Shown here in pieces: positions 50,065 through 61,022 of a DNA stretch of 64,000 bases. Positions within the stretch are counted from its first letter, which is position 1. Every line of letters begins with the position of its first letter. Source of the stretch: Escherichia coli. Its GTDB lineage: Bacteria > Pseudomonadota > Gammaproteobacteria > Enterobacterales > Enterobacteriaceae. A program made the translations under genes and the position numbers. The notes below the pieces were generated by a model, which saw nothing but the letters and a program-made list of their open reading frames with translations, was not told where the DNA came from and made no database searches. The DNA is taken from the NCBI RefSeq assembly GCF_016026235.1, contig NZ_CP065613.1, one strand, 5' to 3'.

Positions 50065-51252
50065 ATGAACTTATCCCTACGACGCTCTACCAGCGCCCTT
50101 CTTGCCTCGTCGTTGTTATTAACCATCGGACGCGGCGCTACGCTGCCATTTATGACCATTTACTTGAGTCGCCAGTACAGCCTGAGTGTCGATCTAATCG
50201 GTTATGCGATGACAATTGCGCTCACTATTGGCGTCGTTTTTAGCCTCGGTTTTGGTATCCTGGCGGATAAGTTCGACAAGAAACGCTATATGTTACTGGC
50301 AATTACCGCCTTCGCCAGCGGTTTTATTGCCATTCCTTTAGTGAATAACGTAACGCTGGTGGTGCTCTTTTTTGCCCTCATTAACTGCGCCTATTCTGTT
50401 TTTGCTACCGTGCTGAAAGCCTGGTTTGCCGACAATCTTTCGTCCACCAGCAAAACGAAAATCTTCTCAATCAACTACACCATGCTAATCATTGGCTGGA
50501 CCATCGGTCCGCCGCTCGGCACGCTGTTGGTGATGCAGAGCATCAATCTGCCCTTCTGGCTGGCAGCTATCTGTTCCGCGTTTCCCATGCTTTTCATTCA
50601 AATTTGGGTAAAGCGCAGCGAGAAAATCATCGCCACGGAAACAGGCAGTGTCTGGTCGCCGAAAGTTTTATTACAAGATAAAGCACTGTTGTGGTTTACC
50701 TGCTCTGGTTTTCTGGCTTCTTTTGTAAGCGGCGCATTTGCTTCATGCATTTCACAATATGTGATGGTGATTGCTGATGGGGATTTTGCCGAAAAGGTGG
50801 TCGCGGTTGTTCTTCCGGTGAATGCTGCCATGGTGGTTACGTTGCAATATTCCGTGGGCCGCCGACTTAACCCGGCTAACATCCGCGCGCTGATGACAGC
50901 AGGCACCCTCTGTTTCGTCATCGGTCTGGTCGGTTTTATTTTTTCCGGCAACAGCCTGCTATTGTGGGGTATGTCAGCTGCGGTATTTACTGTCGGTGAA
51001 ATCATTTATGCGCCGGGCGAGTATATGTTGATTGACCATATTGCGCCGCCAGGAATGAAAGCCAGCTATTTTTCCGCCCAGTCTTTAGGCTGGCTTGGTG
51101 CCGCGATTAACCCATTAGTGAGTGGCGTAGTGCTAACCAGCCTGCCGCCTTCCTCGCTGTTTGTCATCTTAGCGTTGGTGATCATTGCTGCGTGGGTGCT
51201 GATGTTAAAAGGGATTCGTGCAAGACCGTGGGGGCAGCCCGCGCTTTGTTGA
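50065..51252 (+). CDS. ydeE: MFS transporter
   Basis: 395-aa 12-TM ORF. Confidence 0.85.
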   Translation: MNLSLRRSTSALLASSLLLTIGRGATLPFMTIYLSRQYSLSVDLIGYAMTIALTIGVVFSLGFGILADKFDKKRYMLLAITAFASGFIAIPLVNNVTLVVLFFALINCAYSVFATVLKAWFADNLSSTSKTKIFSINYTMLIIGWTIGPPLGTLLVMQSINLPFWLAAICSAFPMLFIQIWVKRSEKIIATETGSVWSPKVLLQDKALLWFTCSGFLASFVSGAFASCISQYVMVIADGDFAEKVVAVVLPVNAAMVVTLQYSVGRRLNPANIRALMTAGTLCFVIGLVGFIFSGNSLLLWGMSAAVFTVGEIIYAPGEYMLIDHIAPPGMKASYFSAQSLGWLGAAINPLVSGVVLTSLPPSSLFVILALVIIAAWVLMLKGIRARPWGQPALC

Positions 51253-51378
51253 TTTAAGTCGAACACAATAAAAATTTAATTCAGCCTTCGTTTAGGTTAC
51301 CTCTGCTAATATCTTTCTCATTGAGATGAAAATTAAGGTAAGCGAGGAAACACACCACACCATAAACGGAGGCAAATA

Positions 51379-51474
51379 ATGCTGGGTAATATGAATGTTT
51401 TTATGGCCGTACTGGGAATAATTTTATTTTCTGGTTTTCTGGCCGCGTATTTCAGCCACAAATGGGATGACTAA
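51379..51474 (+). CDS. mgtS: 31-aa small membrane protein MgtS
   Basis: ATG preceded by GGAGG; MLGNMNVFMAVLGIILFSGFLAAYFSHKWDD; below ORF-track size cutoff. Confidence 0.75.
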   Translation: MLGNMNVFMAVLGIILFSGFLAAYFSHKWDD

Positions 51475-51501
51475 TGAACGGAGATAATCCCTCACCTAAC
51501 C

Positions 51502-51541
51502 GGCCCCTTGTTACAGTTGTGTACAAGGGGCCTGATTTTTA
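51502..51541 (+). terminator. intrinsic terminator after mgtS
   Basis: GGCCCCTTGT...ACAAGGGGCC stem followed by TGATTTTTAT. Confidence 0.6.
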
Positions 51542-51549
51542 TGACGGCG

Positions 51550-51660
51550 AAAAAAAACCGCCAGTAAACCGGCGGTGAATGCTTGCATGGATAGATTTGT
51601 GTTTTGCTTTTACGCTAACAGGCATTTTCCTGCACTGATAACGGATCGTTGACACAGTAG
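51550..51660 (-). ncRNA. mgrR: candidate PhoP-dependent small RNA (MgrR-like), about 100 nt
   Basis: Minus strand: direct-repeat PhoP-box-like AGTTTA-agctc-CGTTTA at about 51683..51699, then about 100 nt to terminator stem CCGCCGGTTTACTGGCGG plus T8 (51550..51575); no ORF. Confidence 0.5.
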
Positions 51661-51692
51661 CATCAGTTTTCTCAATGAATGTTAAACGGAGC

Positions 51693-52583
51693 TTAAACTC
51701 GGTTAATCACATTTTGTTCGTCAATAAACATGCAGCGATTTCTTCCGGTTTGCTTACCCTCATACATTGCCCGGTCTGCTCTTCCAATGACCACATCCAG
51801 AGGCTCTTCAGGAAATGCGCGACTCACACCTGCTGTCACGGTAATGTTGATATGCCCTTCAGAATGTGTGATGGCATGGTTATCGACTAACTGGCAAATT
51901 CTGACACCTGCACGACATGCTTCTTCATCATTAGCCGCTTTAACAATAATGATAAATTCTTCGCCCCCGTAGCGATAAACCGTTTCGTAATCACGCGTCC
52001 AACTGGCTAAGTAAGTTGCCAGGGTGCGTAATACTACATCGCCGATTAAATGCCCGTAGGTATCATTAACCAATTTAAATCGGTCAATATCCAACAACAT
52101 TAAATAAAGATTCAGAGGCTCAGCGTTGCGTAACTGATGATCAAAGGATTCATCAAGAACCCGACGACCCGGCAATCCCGTCAAAACATCCATATTGCTA
52201 CGGATCGTCAGCAAATAAATTTTGTAATCGGTTAATGCCGCAGTAAAAGAAAGCAACCCCTCCTGAAAGGCGTCGAAATGCGCGTCCTGCCAGTGATTTT
52301 CAACAATAGCCAGCATTAATTCCCGACCACAATTATGCATATGTTGATGGGCAGAATCCATTAGCCGAACGTAAGGTAATTCATCGTTATCGAGTGGCCC
52401 CAGATGATCAATCCACCGACCAAACTGGCACAGTCCATAAGAATGGTTATCCGTTATTTCTGGCTTACTGGCATCTCTCGCGACCACGCTGTGAAACATA
52501 CTCACCAGCCACTGGTAGTGGGCATCGATAGCCTTATTGAGATTTAACAAGATGGCATCAATTTCCGTTGTCTTCTTGATCAT
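51693..52583 (-). CDS. dgcZ: zinc-sensing diguanylate cyclase (CZB plus GGDEF)
   Basis: Starts MIKKTTEIDAILLNLNKAID...; GGEEF motif present. Confidence 0.9.
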   Translation of the reverse strand: MIKKTTEIDAILLNLNKAIDAHYQWLVSMFHSVVARDASKPEITDNHSYGLCQFGRWIDHLGPLDNDELPYVRLMDSAHQHMHNCGRELMLAIVENHWQDAHFDAFQEGLLSFTAALTDYKIYLLTIRSNMDVLTGLPGRRVLDESFDHQLRNAEPLNLYLMLLDIDRFKLVNDTYGHLIGDVVLRTLATYLASWTRDYETVYRYGGEEFIIIVKAANDEEACRAGVRICQLVDNHAITHSEGHINITVTAGVSRAFPEEPLDVVIGRADRAMYEGKQTGRNRCMFIDEQNVINRV

Positions 52584-52837
52584 TGCCACTCCTTTTTCAC
52601 AGTTCCTTGTGCGCGCTATTCTAACGAGAGAAAAGCAAAATTACGTCAATATTTTCATAGAAATCCGAAGTTATGAGTCATCTCTGAGATAACATTGTGA
52701 TTTAAAACAAAATCAGCGGATAAAAAAGTGTTTAATTCTGTAAATCACCTCTGCATTATCGTAAATAAAAGGATGACAAATAGCATAACCCAATACCCTA
52801 ATGGCCCAGTAGTTCAGGCCATCAGGCTAATTTATTT

Positions 52838-53230
52838 TTATTTCTGCAAATGAGTGACCCGAACGACGGCCGGCGCGCTTTTCTTATCCAGACTGCCGCT
52901 AATGTTGATCATCTGGTCCGGCTGAACTTCTCGTCCATCAAAGACGGCCGCAGGAATCACGACATTAATTTCACCGCTCTTATCGCGAAAAACGTAACGG
53001 TCCTCTCCTTTGTGAGAAATCAAATTACCGCGTAGTGAAACCGAAGCGCCATCGTGCATGGTTTTTGCGAAATCAACGGTCATTTTTTTTGCATCATCGG
53101 TTCCGCGATAGCCATCTTCTATTGCATGAGGCGGCGGTGGCGCTGCATCCTGTTTTAAACCGCCCTGGTCATCTGCCAACGCATAAGGCATGACAAGAAA
53201 ACTTGCTAATACAATGGTCTGAAATTTCAT
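52838..53230 (-). CDS. ydeI: periplasmic OB-fold (BOF-family) stress protein
   Basis: 130-aa ORF with signal peptide. Confidence 0.85.
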   Translation of the reverse strand: MKFQTIVLASFLVMPYALADDQGGLKQDAAPPPPHAIEDGYRGTDDAKKMTVDFAKTMHDGASVSLRGNLISHKGEDRYVFRDKSGEINVVIPAAVFDGREVQPDQMINISGSLDKKSAPAVVRVTHLQK

Positions 53231-53505
53231 ACTAACTCCTTAATTGCGTTTGGTTTGACTTATTAAGTCTGGTTGCTATTTTTATAATTGCCAAATAAGA
53301 ATACTGCCAATTGTTATAAGGCATTTAAAATCAGCCAACTAGCTGTCAAATATTCAGAGAATTTAACTCACTAAAGTTAAGAAGATTGAAGAGTCTTAAA
53401 CATATTTTCAGAATAATCGGATTTATATGTTTGAAAATTATTATATTGGACGAGCATACAGAAAAAGCAAATCACCTTTACATATAATAGCGTGGACAAA
53501 AAACA

Positions 53506-54024
53506 GTGAACATTAATAAAGATAAAATTGTACAACTCGCAGATACCGACACTATTGAAAACCTGACATCCGCATTGAGTCAAAGACTTATCGCGGATCA
53601 ATTACGCTTAACTACCGCCGAATCATGCACCGGCGGTAAGTTGGCTAGCGCACTGTGTGCAGCTGAAGATACCCCCAAATTTTACGGTGCAGGCTTTGTT
53701 ACTTTCACCGATCAGGCAAAGATGAAAATCCTCAGCGTAAGCCAGCAATCTCTTGAACGATATTCTGCGGTGAGTGAGAAAGTGGCAGCAGAAATGGCAA
53801 CCGGTGCCATAGAGCGTGCGGATGCTGATGTCAGTATTGCCATTACCGGCTACGGCGGACCGGAGGGCGGTGAAGATGGTACGCCAGCGGGTACCGTCTG
53901 GTTCGCGTGGCATATTAAAGGCCAGAACTACACTGCGGTTATGCATTTTGCTGGCGACTGCGAAACGGTATTAGCTATAGCGGTGAGGTTTGCCCTCGCC
54001 CAGCTGCTGCAATTACTGCTATAA
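53506..54024 (+). CDS. ydeJ: CinA C-terminal-domain family protein (possible NMN deamidase)
   Basis: 172-aa ORF. Confidence 0.8.
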   Translation: MNINKDKIVQLADTDTIENLTSALSQRLIADQLRLTTAESCTGGKLASALCAAEDTPKFYGAGFVTFTDQAKMKILSVSQQSLERYSAVSEKVAAEMATGAIERADADVSIAITGYGGPEGGEDGTPAGTVWFAWHIKGQNYTAVMHFAGDCETVLAIAVRFALAQLLQLLL

Positions 54025-54068
54025 CCAGGCTGGCCTGGCGATATCTCCAGTCCAGCCATTGGTGGTGT

Positions 54069-56114
54069 TTATATGTTCAAGCCACGATGTTGCAGCATCG
54101 GCATAATCTGAGGTGCCTTACCGCGCCATTGTCGATACAGGCGTTCCAGATCTTCGCTGTTACCTCTGGAAAGGATCGCCTCGCGAAAACGCAGCCCATT
54201 TTCACGCGTTAATCCGCCCTGCTCAACAAACCACTGATAACCATCATCGGCCAACATTTGCGTCCACAGATAAGCGTAATAACCTGCGGCATATCCGCCA
54301 CCAAAAATATGGGCGAAATAACTGCTGCGATAGCGTGGCGGTATAGCAGGAAGATCCATATTTTCCGCCACCAGCGCCCGCAATTCGAAATCATCGACAT
54401 CCTGCATTGCTTCGTTTTCTTCCAGGCAATGCCAGCGCATATCGAGAAGTGCGGCGCTAAGCAGTTCGCTCATCTCATACCCTTTGTTGAACAGGCTGGC
54501 ATTACGCATTTTCTGTTGCAGTTCGTCAGGCATTGCTGCCCCGCTCTGATAATGCCGGGCGTAGCGAGCGAATACCTGCGGATGCGTTGCCCAGTGTTCG
54601 TTGATTTGCGACGGAAATTCGACAAAATCATGCGGCGTGTTGGTGCCGGAAAGCGTGGCATAACGCTGGCGGGCAAAAAGGCCGTGCAGCGTATGACCAA
54701 ATTCATGGAATAAGGTTATGACATCATCCCAGAGTAACAACGCAGGCTCACCGGCAGCGGGTTTCTGATAATTGCAGACGTTATAAATTACCGGATGTGT
54801 TTCATTAAGCGTTGATTGCTCAACAAAATTGCCCATCCATGCACCGCCGCTTTTTGAATCACGGGCGAAGAAATCACCGTAAAATAACGCCAGCCCCACG
54901 CCATTATGATCAAAAATTTCCCACACCCGAACGTCAGGATGGTAGACAGGAATATCAAAACGTTCGACAAACTTAATACCGAAGAGCTGATTCGCGGTCC
55001 AGAATACACCTTCATTCAACACCGTGTTTAATTCAAAATATGGCTTGAGCTGCGCCTCATCAAGATCAAATTTCTCCCGCCGTACCTGTTCCGCATAAAA
55101 TGCCCAGTCCCACGGCTGCGCGCTAAACCCGCCCTGCTGCTTATCGATAACCGCCTGTATGGAGGCTAATTCATCGCTCGCACGTTGACGCGCCGCTGGA
55201 ACAATTTCCCGCATAAAGTTGAGTGCTGCTTCTGGCGTTTTTGCCATCTGATCGGCGATTTTCCATGCGGCATAATGAGGAAAACCAAGCAGTTTCGCCT
55301 GCTGTGCGCGAATCTCTACCAGACGTTGAATGATAGCGCGGGTATCATTGCCATCATTTTTTTCCGCTCGCGTCCAGCCCGCAATAAACAGTTTTTCACG
55401 CGTCGCACGATCGCGCATTTCGGCAAGCGCCGGTTGTTGGGTGGTATTCAGCAGCGGAATCAGCCATTTGTTATCCAGACCTTTCTCGCGAGCCGCCTCT
55501 GCCGCCAGCGCAATCTCTTGCTCACTCATTCCTGCCAGCTGCGCGATATCGTTCACAACCAGACCGCCGGATTTATTTGCTGCAAGTAACCGCTGGTTAA
55601 ACTGGCTGGTCAGGGTCGCAGCTTCTGTATTCAGTACTTTTAATTTTGCTTTATCAGCTTGCGCAAGTTTGGCTCCGGCAAGGACAAAACGTTGATGAAT
55701 AACCTCCACCAGGCGGATGGATTCACTATCAAGCCCCAGGGATTCACGGCGCTGCCAGACAGCATCTACCCGCGCGAATAATTCACCGTTCAGATAGATA
55801 TCATTAGCCAGTTCCGCCAGTTCAGCGGAAAACTGTTCATCAAGACGCTGTAATTCATCATTGGTATGCGCCGCAGTCATCGCAAAAAAGACGCTGGTAA
55901 CGCGGGTAAGTAATTCTCCGCTTTGTTCCAGTGCCAGAATAGTATTGTTGAAATCAGGCGTTTGCGGGTTAAGCGCGATGGCAGCAATTTCTGCCCGCTT
56001 TTGCTGCATTCCCTCATCGAATGCCGAGCGATAGTGATGATTGGCAATTTGATCAAAATGAGGAGCCAGATACGGCAGTGTGCTTTGCACAAGGAAAGGA
56101 TTCATTGTTGTCAT
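54069..56114 (-). CDS. dcp: dipeptidyl carboxypeptidase II (M3 metallopeptidase)
   Basis: HEFGH zinc motif present; likely start MTTMNPFLVQ (ORF track extends 22 codons upstream). Confidence 0.9.
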   Translation of the reverse strand: MTTMNPFLVQSTLPYLAPHFDQIANHHYRSAFDEGMQQKRAEIAAIALNPQTPDFNNTILALEQSGELLTRVTSVFFAMTAAHTNDELQRLDEQFSAELAELANDIYLNGELFARVDAVWQRRESLGLDSESIRLVEVIHQRFVLAGAKLAQADKAKLKVLNTEAATLTSQFNQRLLAANKSGGLVVNDIAQLAGMSEQEIALAAEAAREKGLDNKWLIPLLNTTQQPALAEMRDRATREKLFIAGWTRAEKNDGNDTRAIIQRLVEIRAQQAKLLGFPHYAAWKIADQMAKTPEAALNFMREIVPAARQRASDELASIQAVIDKQQGGFSAQPWDWAFYAEQVRREKFDLDEAQLKPYFELNTVLNEGVFWTANQLFGIKFVERFDIPVYHPDVRVWEIFDHNGVGLALFYGDFFARDSKSGGAWMGNFVEQSTLNETHPVIYNVCNYQKPAAGEPALLLWDDVITLFHEFGHTLHGLFARQRYATLSGTNTPHDFVEFPSQINEHWATHPQVFARYARHYQSGAAMPDELQQKMRNASLFNKGYEMSELLSAALLDMRWHCLEENEAMQDVDDFELRALVAENMDLPAIPPRYRSSYFAHIFGGGYAAGYYAYLWTQMLADDGYQWFVEQGGLTRENGLRFREAILSRGNSEDLERLYRQWRGKAPQIMPMLQHRGLNI

Positions 56115-56250
56115 TTTCTTCTCCTGAACGCGAGGTGTTCCATAGCGTAGGCTTACTGATAACGGAGTGCAATCTTGCAAACCAGTATTACCCGCTCTTA
56201 AGCATCACGTGCTATGTTATTGACACACAAAAGCGTTGAGGAACAGTGAG

Positions 56251-56997
56251 ATGATCGTTTTAGTAACTGGAGCAACGGCAGGTTTTGGTGAATGCATTAC
56301 TCGTCGTTTTATTCAACAAGGGCATAAAGTTATCGCCACTGGCCGTCGCCAGGAGCGGTTGCAGGAGTTAAAAGACGAACTGGGAGATAATCTGTATATC
56401 GCCCAACTGGACGTTCGCAACCGCGCAGCTATTGAAGAGATGCTGGCATCGCTCCCTGCCGAGTGGTGCAATATTGATATCCTGGTAAATAATGCCGGCC
56501 TGGCGTTGGGCATGGAGCCTGCGCATAAAGCCAGCGTTGAAGACTGGGAAACGATGATTGATACCAACAACAAAGGCCTGGTATATATGACGCGCGCCGT
56601 CTTACCGGGTATGGTTGAACGTAATCATGGTCATATTATTAACATTGGCTCAACGGCAGGTAGCTGGCCGTATGCCGGTGGTAACGTTTACGGTGCGACG
56701 AAAGCGTTTGTTCGTCAGTTTAGCCTGAATCTGCGTACGGACCTGCATGGTACGGCGGTGCGCGTCACCGACATCGAACCGGGTCTGGTGGGTGGCACCG
56801 AGTTTTCCAATGTCCGCTTTAAAGGCGATGACGGTAAAGCGGAAAAAACCTATCAAAATACCGTTGCATTGACGCCAGAAGATGTCAGCGAAGCCGTTTG
56901 GTGGGTGTCAACGCTGCCTGCTCACGTCAATATCAATACCCTGGAAATGATGCCGGTTACCCAAAGCTATGCCGGACTGAATGTCCACCGTCAGTAA
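56251..56997 (+). CDS. ydfG: NADP-dependent short-chain dehydrogenase
   Basis: MIVLVTGATAGFG Rossmann motif at start; ORF track extends 5 codons upstream. Confidence 0.9.
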   Translation: MIVLVTGATAGFGECITRRFIQQGHKVIATGRRQERLQELKDELGDNLYIAQLDVRNRAAIEEMLASLPAEWCNIDILVNNAGLALGMEPAHKASVEDWETMIDTNNKGLVYMTRAVLPGMVERNHGHIINIGSTAGSWPYAGGNVYGATKAFVRQFSLNLRTDLHGTAVRVTDIEPGLVGGTEFSNVRFKGDDGKAEKTYQNTVALTPEDVSEAVWWVSTLPAHVNINTLEMMPVTQSYAGLNVHRQ

Positions 56998-57085
56998 TTT
57001 TTATACCCGGCGTAACTGCCGGGTTATTGCTTGTCACAAAAAAGTGGTAGACTCATGCAGTTAACTCACTCACAAGCAAGAACGA

Positions 57086-57772
57086 ATGACCGTCGAAACG
57101 CAACTTAATCCCACACAGCCTGTCAATCAGCAAATTTATCGTATCCTTCGTCGCGACATTGTCCATTGCCTGATTGCTCCAGGCACACCGTTGTCGGAAA
57201 AAGAAGTTTCTGTTCGTTTCAATGTGTCACGCCAGCCGGTTCGTGAAGCCTTTATTAAACTGGCGGAAAACGGCCTGATTCAAATTCGTCCACAGCGTGG
57301 CAGCTACGTCAACAAAATTTCCATGGCCCAGGTGCGCAACGGCAGTTTTATCCGTCAGGCCATTGAGTGCGCGGTGGCGCGTCGGGCGGCGAGCATGATT
57401 ACCGAAAGCCAGTGCTACCAACTGGAACAAAATCTTCACCAGCAACGCATTGCCATTGAGCGCAAGCAACTGGATGATTTTTTTGAACTTGATGACAACT
57501 TCCATCAACTCCTGACGCAGATTGCCGACTGTCAACTGGCGTGGGATACCATTGAGAACCTGAAAGCGACCGTTGATCGCGTGCGCTATATGAGTTTCGA
57601 CCATGTTTCTCCACCAGAAATGCTGTTACGCCAGCATCTTGATATTTTCTCTGCCCTGCAAAAACGTGATGGCGATGCGGTAGAACGTGCAATGACGCAA
57701 CATTTGCAGGAAATCAGCGAATCCGTGCGCCAGATCCGCCAGGAAAACAGCGACTGGTTTAGCGAAGAGTAA
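57086..57772 (+). CDS. rspR: GntR/FadR-family transcriptional regulator
   Basis: 228-aa ORF with N-terminal HTH. Confidence 0.85.
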
Positions 57773-57949
57773 TTCATTTACTCTCATCCCATCCGGGATG
57801 AGAGGCTTTTCCCCCCGCCTTACGGCTCATGCATGCATCAAAAAAGATGTGAGCTTGATCAAAAACAAAAAATATTTCACTCGACAGGAGTATTTATATT
57901 GCGCCCGTTACGTGGGCTTCGACTGTAAATCAGAAAGGAGAAAACACCT

Positions 57950-58153
57950 ATGACGACCTACGATCGTAACCGTAACGCAATCACCACTGGCAGCCGTGTT
58001 ATGGTTAGCGGCACCGGTCACACTGGCAAGATCCTGTCGATTGATACTGAAGGTCTGACCGCTGAGCAAATCCGCCGCGGAAAAACCGTAGTTGTTGAAG
58101 GTTGTGAAGAGAAACTGGCACCTCTGGACCTGATTCGTCTCGGCATGAACTAA
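57950..58153 (+). CDS. ydfZ: small DUF1471-like protein
   Basis: 67-aa ORF with good RBS (AGGAG). Confidence 0.8.
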
Positions 58154-58188
58154 GTGTGTGAATGCCGCCGATGGCGGCATTGCTTTTT

Positions 58189-59649
58189 TTACTTCACGGA
58201 ATATTTCGCCACGGTCGCTTTCGCGCCATGCGCTAATAAAGACAAGTACGCTTCCGTCACTTTTGCAGTAAACAAGCTATTGTCTGGCAAATCATCACCA
58301 AAGATTGCCTTAATCGCCAGCAATGACTGGACGCGCGCTTTCCCTTCGGCACTACTTTGTACAGCCTTCTGAATAACAGGTAACAGTGGGTCACTGATTT
58401 CTATCGGATTTCCCTGTTCATCAACACCACCGACATAACGCATCCAACCCGCGACGCCCAGCGCCAGCAGATCGAACTTGCTGTCATGCGCCAGATGCCA
58501 GCGAACAGAATCCAACATCCGCTGTGGCAATTTCTGGCTACCATCCATCGCAATCTGCCAGGTTCGATGACGTAACGCCGGGTTGCTATAGCGTTCAATT
58601 AATCGGTTAGCGTAATCTTGCAAATCAACGCCCTGCACTTTCAGCGTCGGCGCTTGTTCCTGCAACATCAAGCCATACGCCGCATAACGATAATGTTCAT
58701 CTTCCATGCAGTCATTAATGTGCTGATATCCAGCAAGATAACCCAAATACGCCAGGAATGAATGACTGCCGTTGAGCATGCGCAACTTCATCTCTTCATA
58801 AGGCAGCACATCACTAACCAGTTCGGCTCCCGCTTTTTCCCATTCTGGACGTCCGGCAACAAAGTTATCTTCTATTACCCACTGGCGGAAAGGTTCACAG
58901 GCAACGCCCGCAGGATCGCCCACACCGGTAAGTTGTTCGATTTTCGCCAGCGTATCCTCTGTCACTGCGGGCACAATACGGTCCACCATTGTTGATGGGA
59001 AAGTCACGTTATCTTCGATCCATTGTGCCAGTTTTTCATCAACGGCTTGCGCGTAGGAAGTGACAACGTCACGCATAACATGACCGTTTTCTGGCATGTT
59101 GTCACATGACATGACGGTAAATGCGGGAAGTCCTGCCGCTTTACGGCGAGCCAGCGCCTCAACAATCACCCCTGTTGCTGTTTTCGGCTGGTGGGGATTT
59201 TGCACGTCGGCAACGACCATCGGGTGATCGAGCATTAACTGTCCGGTCGCCGGAGAGTGGAAATACCCTTTTTCGGTGATTGTCAGAGAGACAATCGCGA
59301 TTTGTGGTTCACACATCGCAGCCAACACGGTTTCTAAGCCATCCATCTGTACGTGCAAGGCTTTTTTAACGACGCCAACGACGCGAGCCGTCCACGCATC
59401 GGCCGACATTTCCGCAACGGTATAAAGATTATCTTGCTGTTGTAAATCGGCAATTTGCTGTTCGCCACCGATTAAGTTGACCTCATAATATCCCCAGTCA
59501 CTGAAATGTTCTGTAGCAAGAATATCGGCATACACGCCCTGATGCGCACGGTGAAATGCACCAAAGCCTAAATGAACAATTCTTGGGGCCAGGTTATTAC
59601 GATCATAAACAGGGAGTGTCGCTTTTGCTGATAACAAATTATTTCCCAT
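58189..59649 (-). CDS. ydfI: mannitol-dehydrogenase-family oxidoreductase
   Basis: 486-aa ORF. Confidence 0.85.
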   Translation of the reverse strand: MGNNLLSAKATLPVYDRNNLAPRIVHLGFGAFHRAHQGVYADILATEHFSDWGYYEVNLIGGEQQIADLQQQDNLYTVAEMSADAWTARVVGVVKKALHVQMDGLETVLAAMCEPQIAIVSLTITEKGYFHSPATGQLMLDHPMVVADVQNPHQPKTATGVIVEALARRKAAGLPAFTVMSCDNMPENGHVMRDVVTSYAQAVDEKLAQWIEDNVTFPSTMVDRIVPAVTEDTLAKIEQLTGVGDPAGVACEPFRQWVIEDNFVAGRPEWEKAGAELVSDVLPYEEMKLRMLNGSHSFLAYLGYLAGYQHINDCMEDEHYRYAAYGLMLQEQAPTLKVQGVDLQDYANRLIERYSNPALRHRTWQIAMDGSQKLPQRMLDSVRWHLAHDSKFDLLALGVAGWMRYVGGVDEQGNPIEISDPLLPVIQKAVQSSAEGKARVQSLLAIKAIFGDDLPDNSLFTAKVTEAYLSLLAHGAKATVAKYSVK

Positions 59650-59738
59650 AACAATTCCTTAAATTTAAATATGGCAAGCTACATGTTTTGTTATATGAAT
59701 AAAAAATCCCCTCTCCGGTAAGAGAAGGGATTAAGGAT

Positions 59739-61022
59739 TTAAAGACTTCTGGAAGGTTGCGCAGCTCTTACAACACGCGGTTGATCTTCCGCAGCGTCTT
59801 CCAGCGCACTTAAATCACGGTCTTTCACTTCTGGCATTTTCAGCGCAGAGATTAAACCAATCACTGAATATGCCATGATCATAATGGCGATCGGATACCA
59901 GGATTCCGTCATGGTGCAGAAAATACCCGCCAGGATAGGACCAAAACCGGAAGCGATAAGACCACCAATTTCTTTAGAAATAGCCATCCGGGTAAAGCGG
60001 TTTTTACAGCCGAACATTTCTGCCATGGTAATGTTTTCCAGAGCAAATAATCCCAGCACCGCACAGTTATGAATCACAATCAGTGCAACCATAATGGTGC
60101 TCGGGGCATAGCTTTTATCTACGATGATAGAAAGCATTGGCCATGCCAGCACAATCGCGGAGGTATTCATAATAATATACGGGATCCGGCGACCAATTTT
60201 ATCGGATAACCAACCAAGGAACGGAATGGTCATAAAGCCGAGAATCGAACTAATCATCAATGCATCTGTTGGAATTGCTTTGTTAAACAATAACGTCTGC
60301 ACTAAATAGCCTGCAAGGAAAGTCTGAATTAACCCGGAGTTACCCGCCTGACCAAAACGCAGCCCTGTTGCCAGCCAGAAGGATTTGCTCTGGAACATGC
60401 TACCAGCAGGTGCAGGTTTTGCTGTCGGTTGGTTGCTGTCATTAACCTTCTCAAAGACCGGGCTTTCTTTCAGATTCATACGTAACCAGATAGCAAAGAC
60501 CATCACGACAACGCTCGCCAGGAACGGTATACGCCATCCCCACGCCAGCAGTTCCTCTTTACTGAGAATGAAGAACATAAAGGCCCAGATTGCCGTTGCG
60601 CTCAAGGTTCCGCAGTTAGTTCCCATAGCTACAAATGAGGAGATAATTCCGCGCTTACCTTTTGGCGCATATTCCGCCAGCATCGTACCGGCACCGGAAA
60701 TTTCCGCACCTGCACCCAATCCCTGAATAATACGCAGCGTCACCAGCAAAATGGGTGCAAAAACACCAATCTGTGCATAGGTCGGTAACACACCAATTAA
60801 GGTGGTACAGATCCCCATCATGGTGATGGTAATAAAGAGCACTTTTTTACGCCCTATTCTGTCGCCCATTTTGCCGAAAATAAATGCTCCGACAATACGC
60901 GCCACATAACCTGCACCGTAGGTTCCCATTGCCAAAATTAACGCCATTGCCGTTGATGATTCAGGAAAAAATATTTCATGAAACACTAACGCTGCGCCGA
61001 GCGAATATAACTGGAAATCCAT
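59739..61022 (-). CDS. ydfJ: MFS metabolite:H+ symporter, apparently N-terminally truncated at the prophage junction
   Basis: 427-aa ORF; MFS loop motif GDRIGRKKV at residues about 52..60, i.e. only one TM helix precedes it. Confidence 0.7.
   Translation of the reverse strand: MDFQLYSLGAALVFHEIFFPESSTAMALILAMGTYGAGYVARIVGAFIFGKMGDRIGRKKVLFITITMMGICTTLIGVLPTYAQIGVFAPILLVTLRIIQGLGAGAEISGAGTMLAEYAPKGKRGIISSFVAMGTNCGTLSATAIWAFMFFILSKEELLAWGWRIPFLASVVVMVFAIWLRMNLKESPVFEKVNDSNQPTAKPAPAGSMFQSKSFWLATGLRFGQAGNSGLIQTFLAGYLVQTLLFNKAIPTDALMISSILGFMTIPFLGWLSDKIGRRIPYIIMNTSAIVLAWPMLSIIVDKSYAPSTIMVALIVIHNCAVLGLFALENITMAEMFGCKNRFTRMAISKEIGGLIASGFGPILAGIFCTMTESWYPIAIMIMAYSVIGLISALKMPEVKDRDLSALEDAAEDQPRVVRAAQPSRSL

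Noticed and set aside
51253-51378. Alternative location for the MgrR-like sRNA, divergent from mgtS
   Set aside because: No hairpin plus T-tract terminator in the correct orientation and no PhoP-box-like direct repeat here; the mgtS-dgcZ interval fits better.
52801-52826. ATGGCC...GGCCAT hairpin followed by a T-rich stretch on the plus strand beside the ydeI stop
   Set aside because: No plus-strand gene ends here and the minus-strand side lacks a T-tract; too weak to call a terminator.
53377-53601. 74-aa ORF in the AT-rich ydeI-ydeJ intergenic region
   Set aside because: Overlaps the ydeJ start region on the opposite strand, low-complexity AT-driven translation, no RBS.
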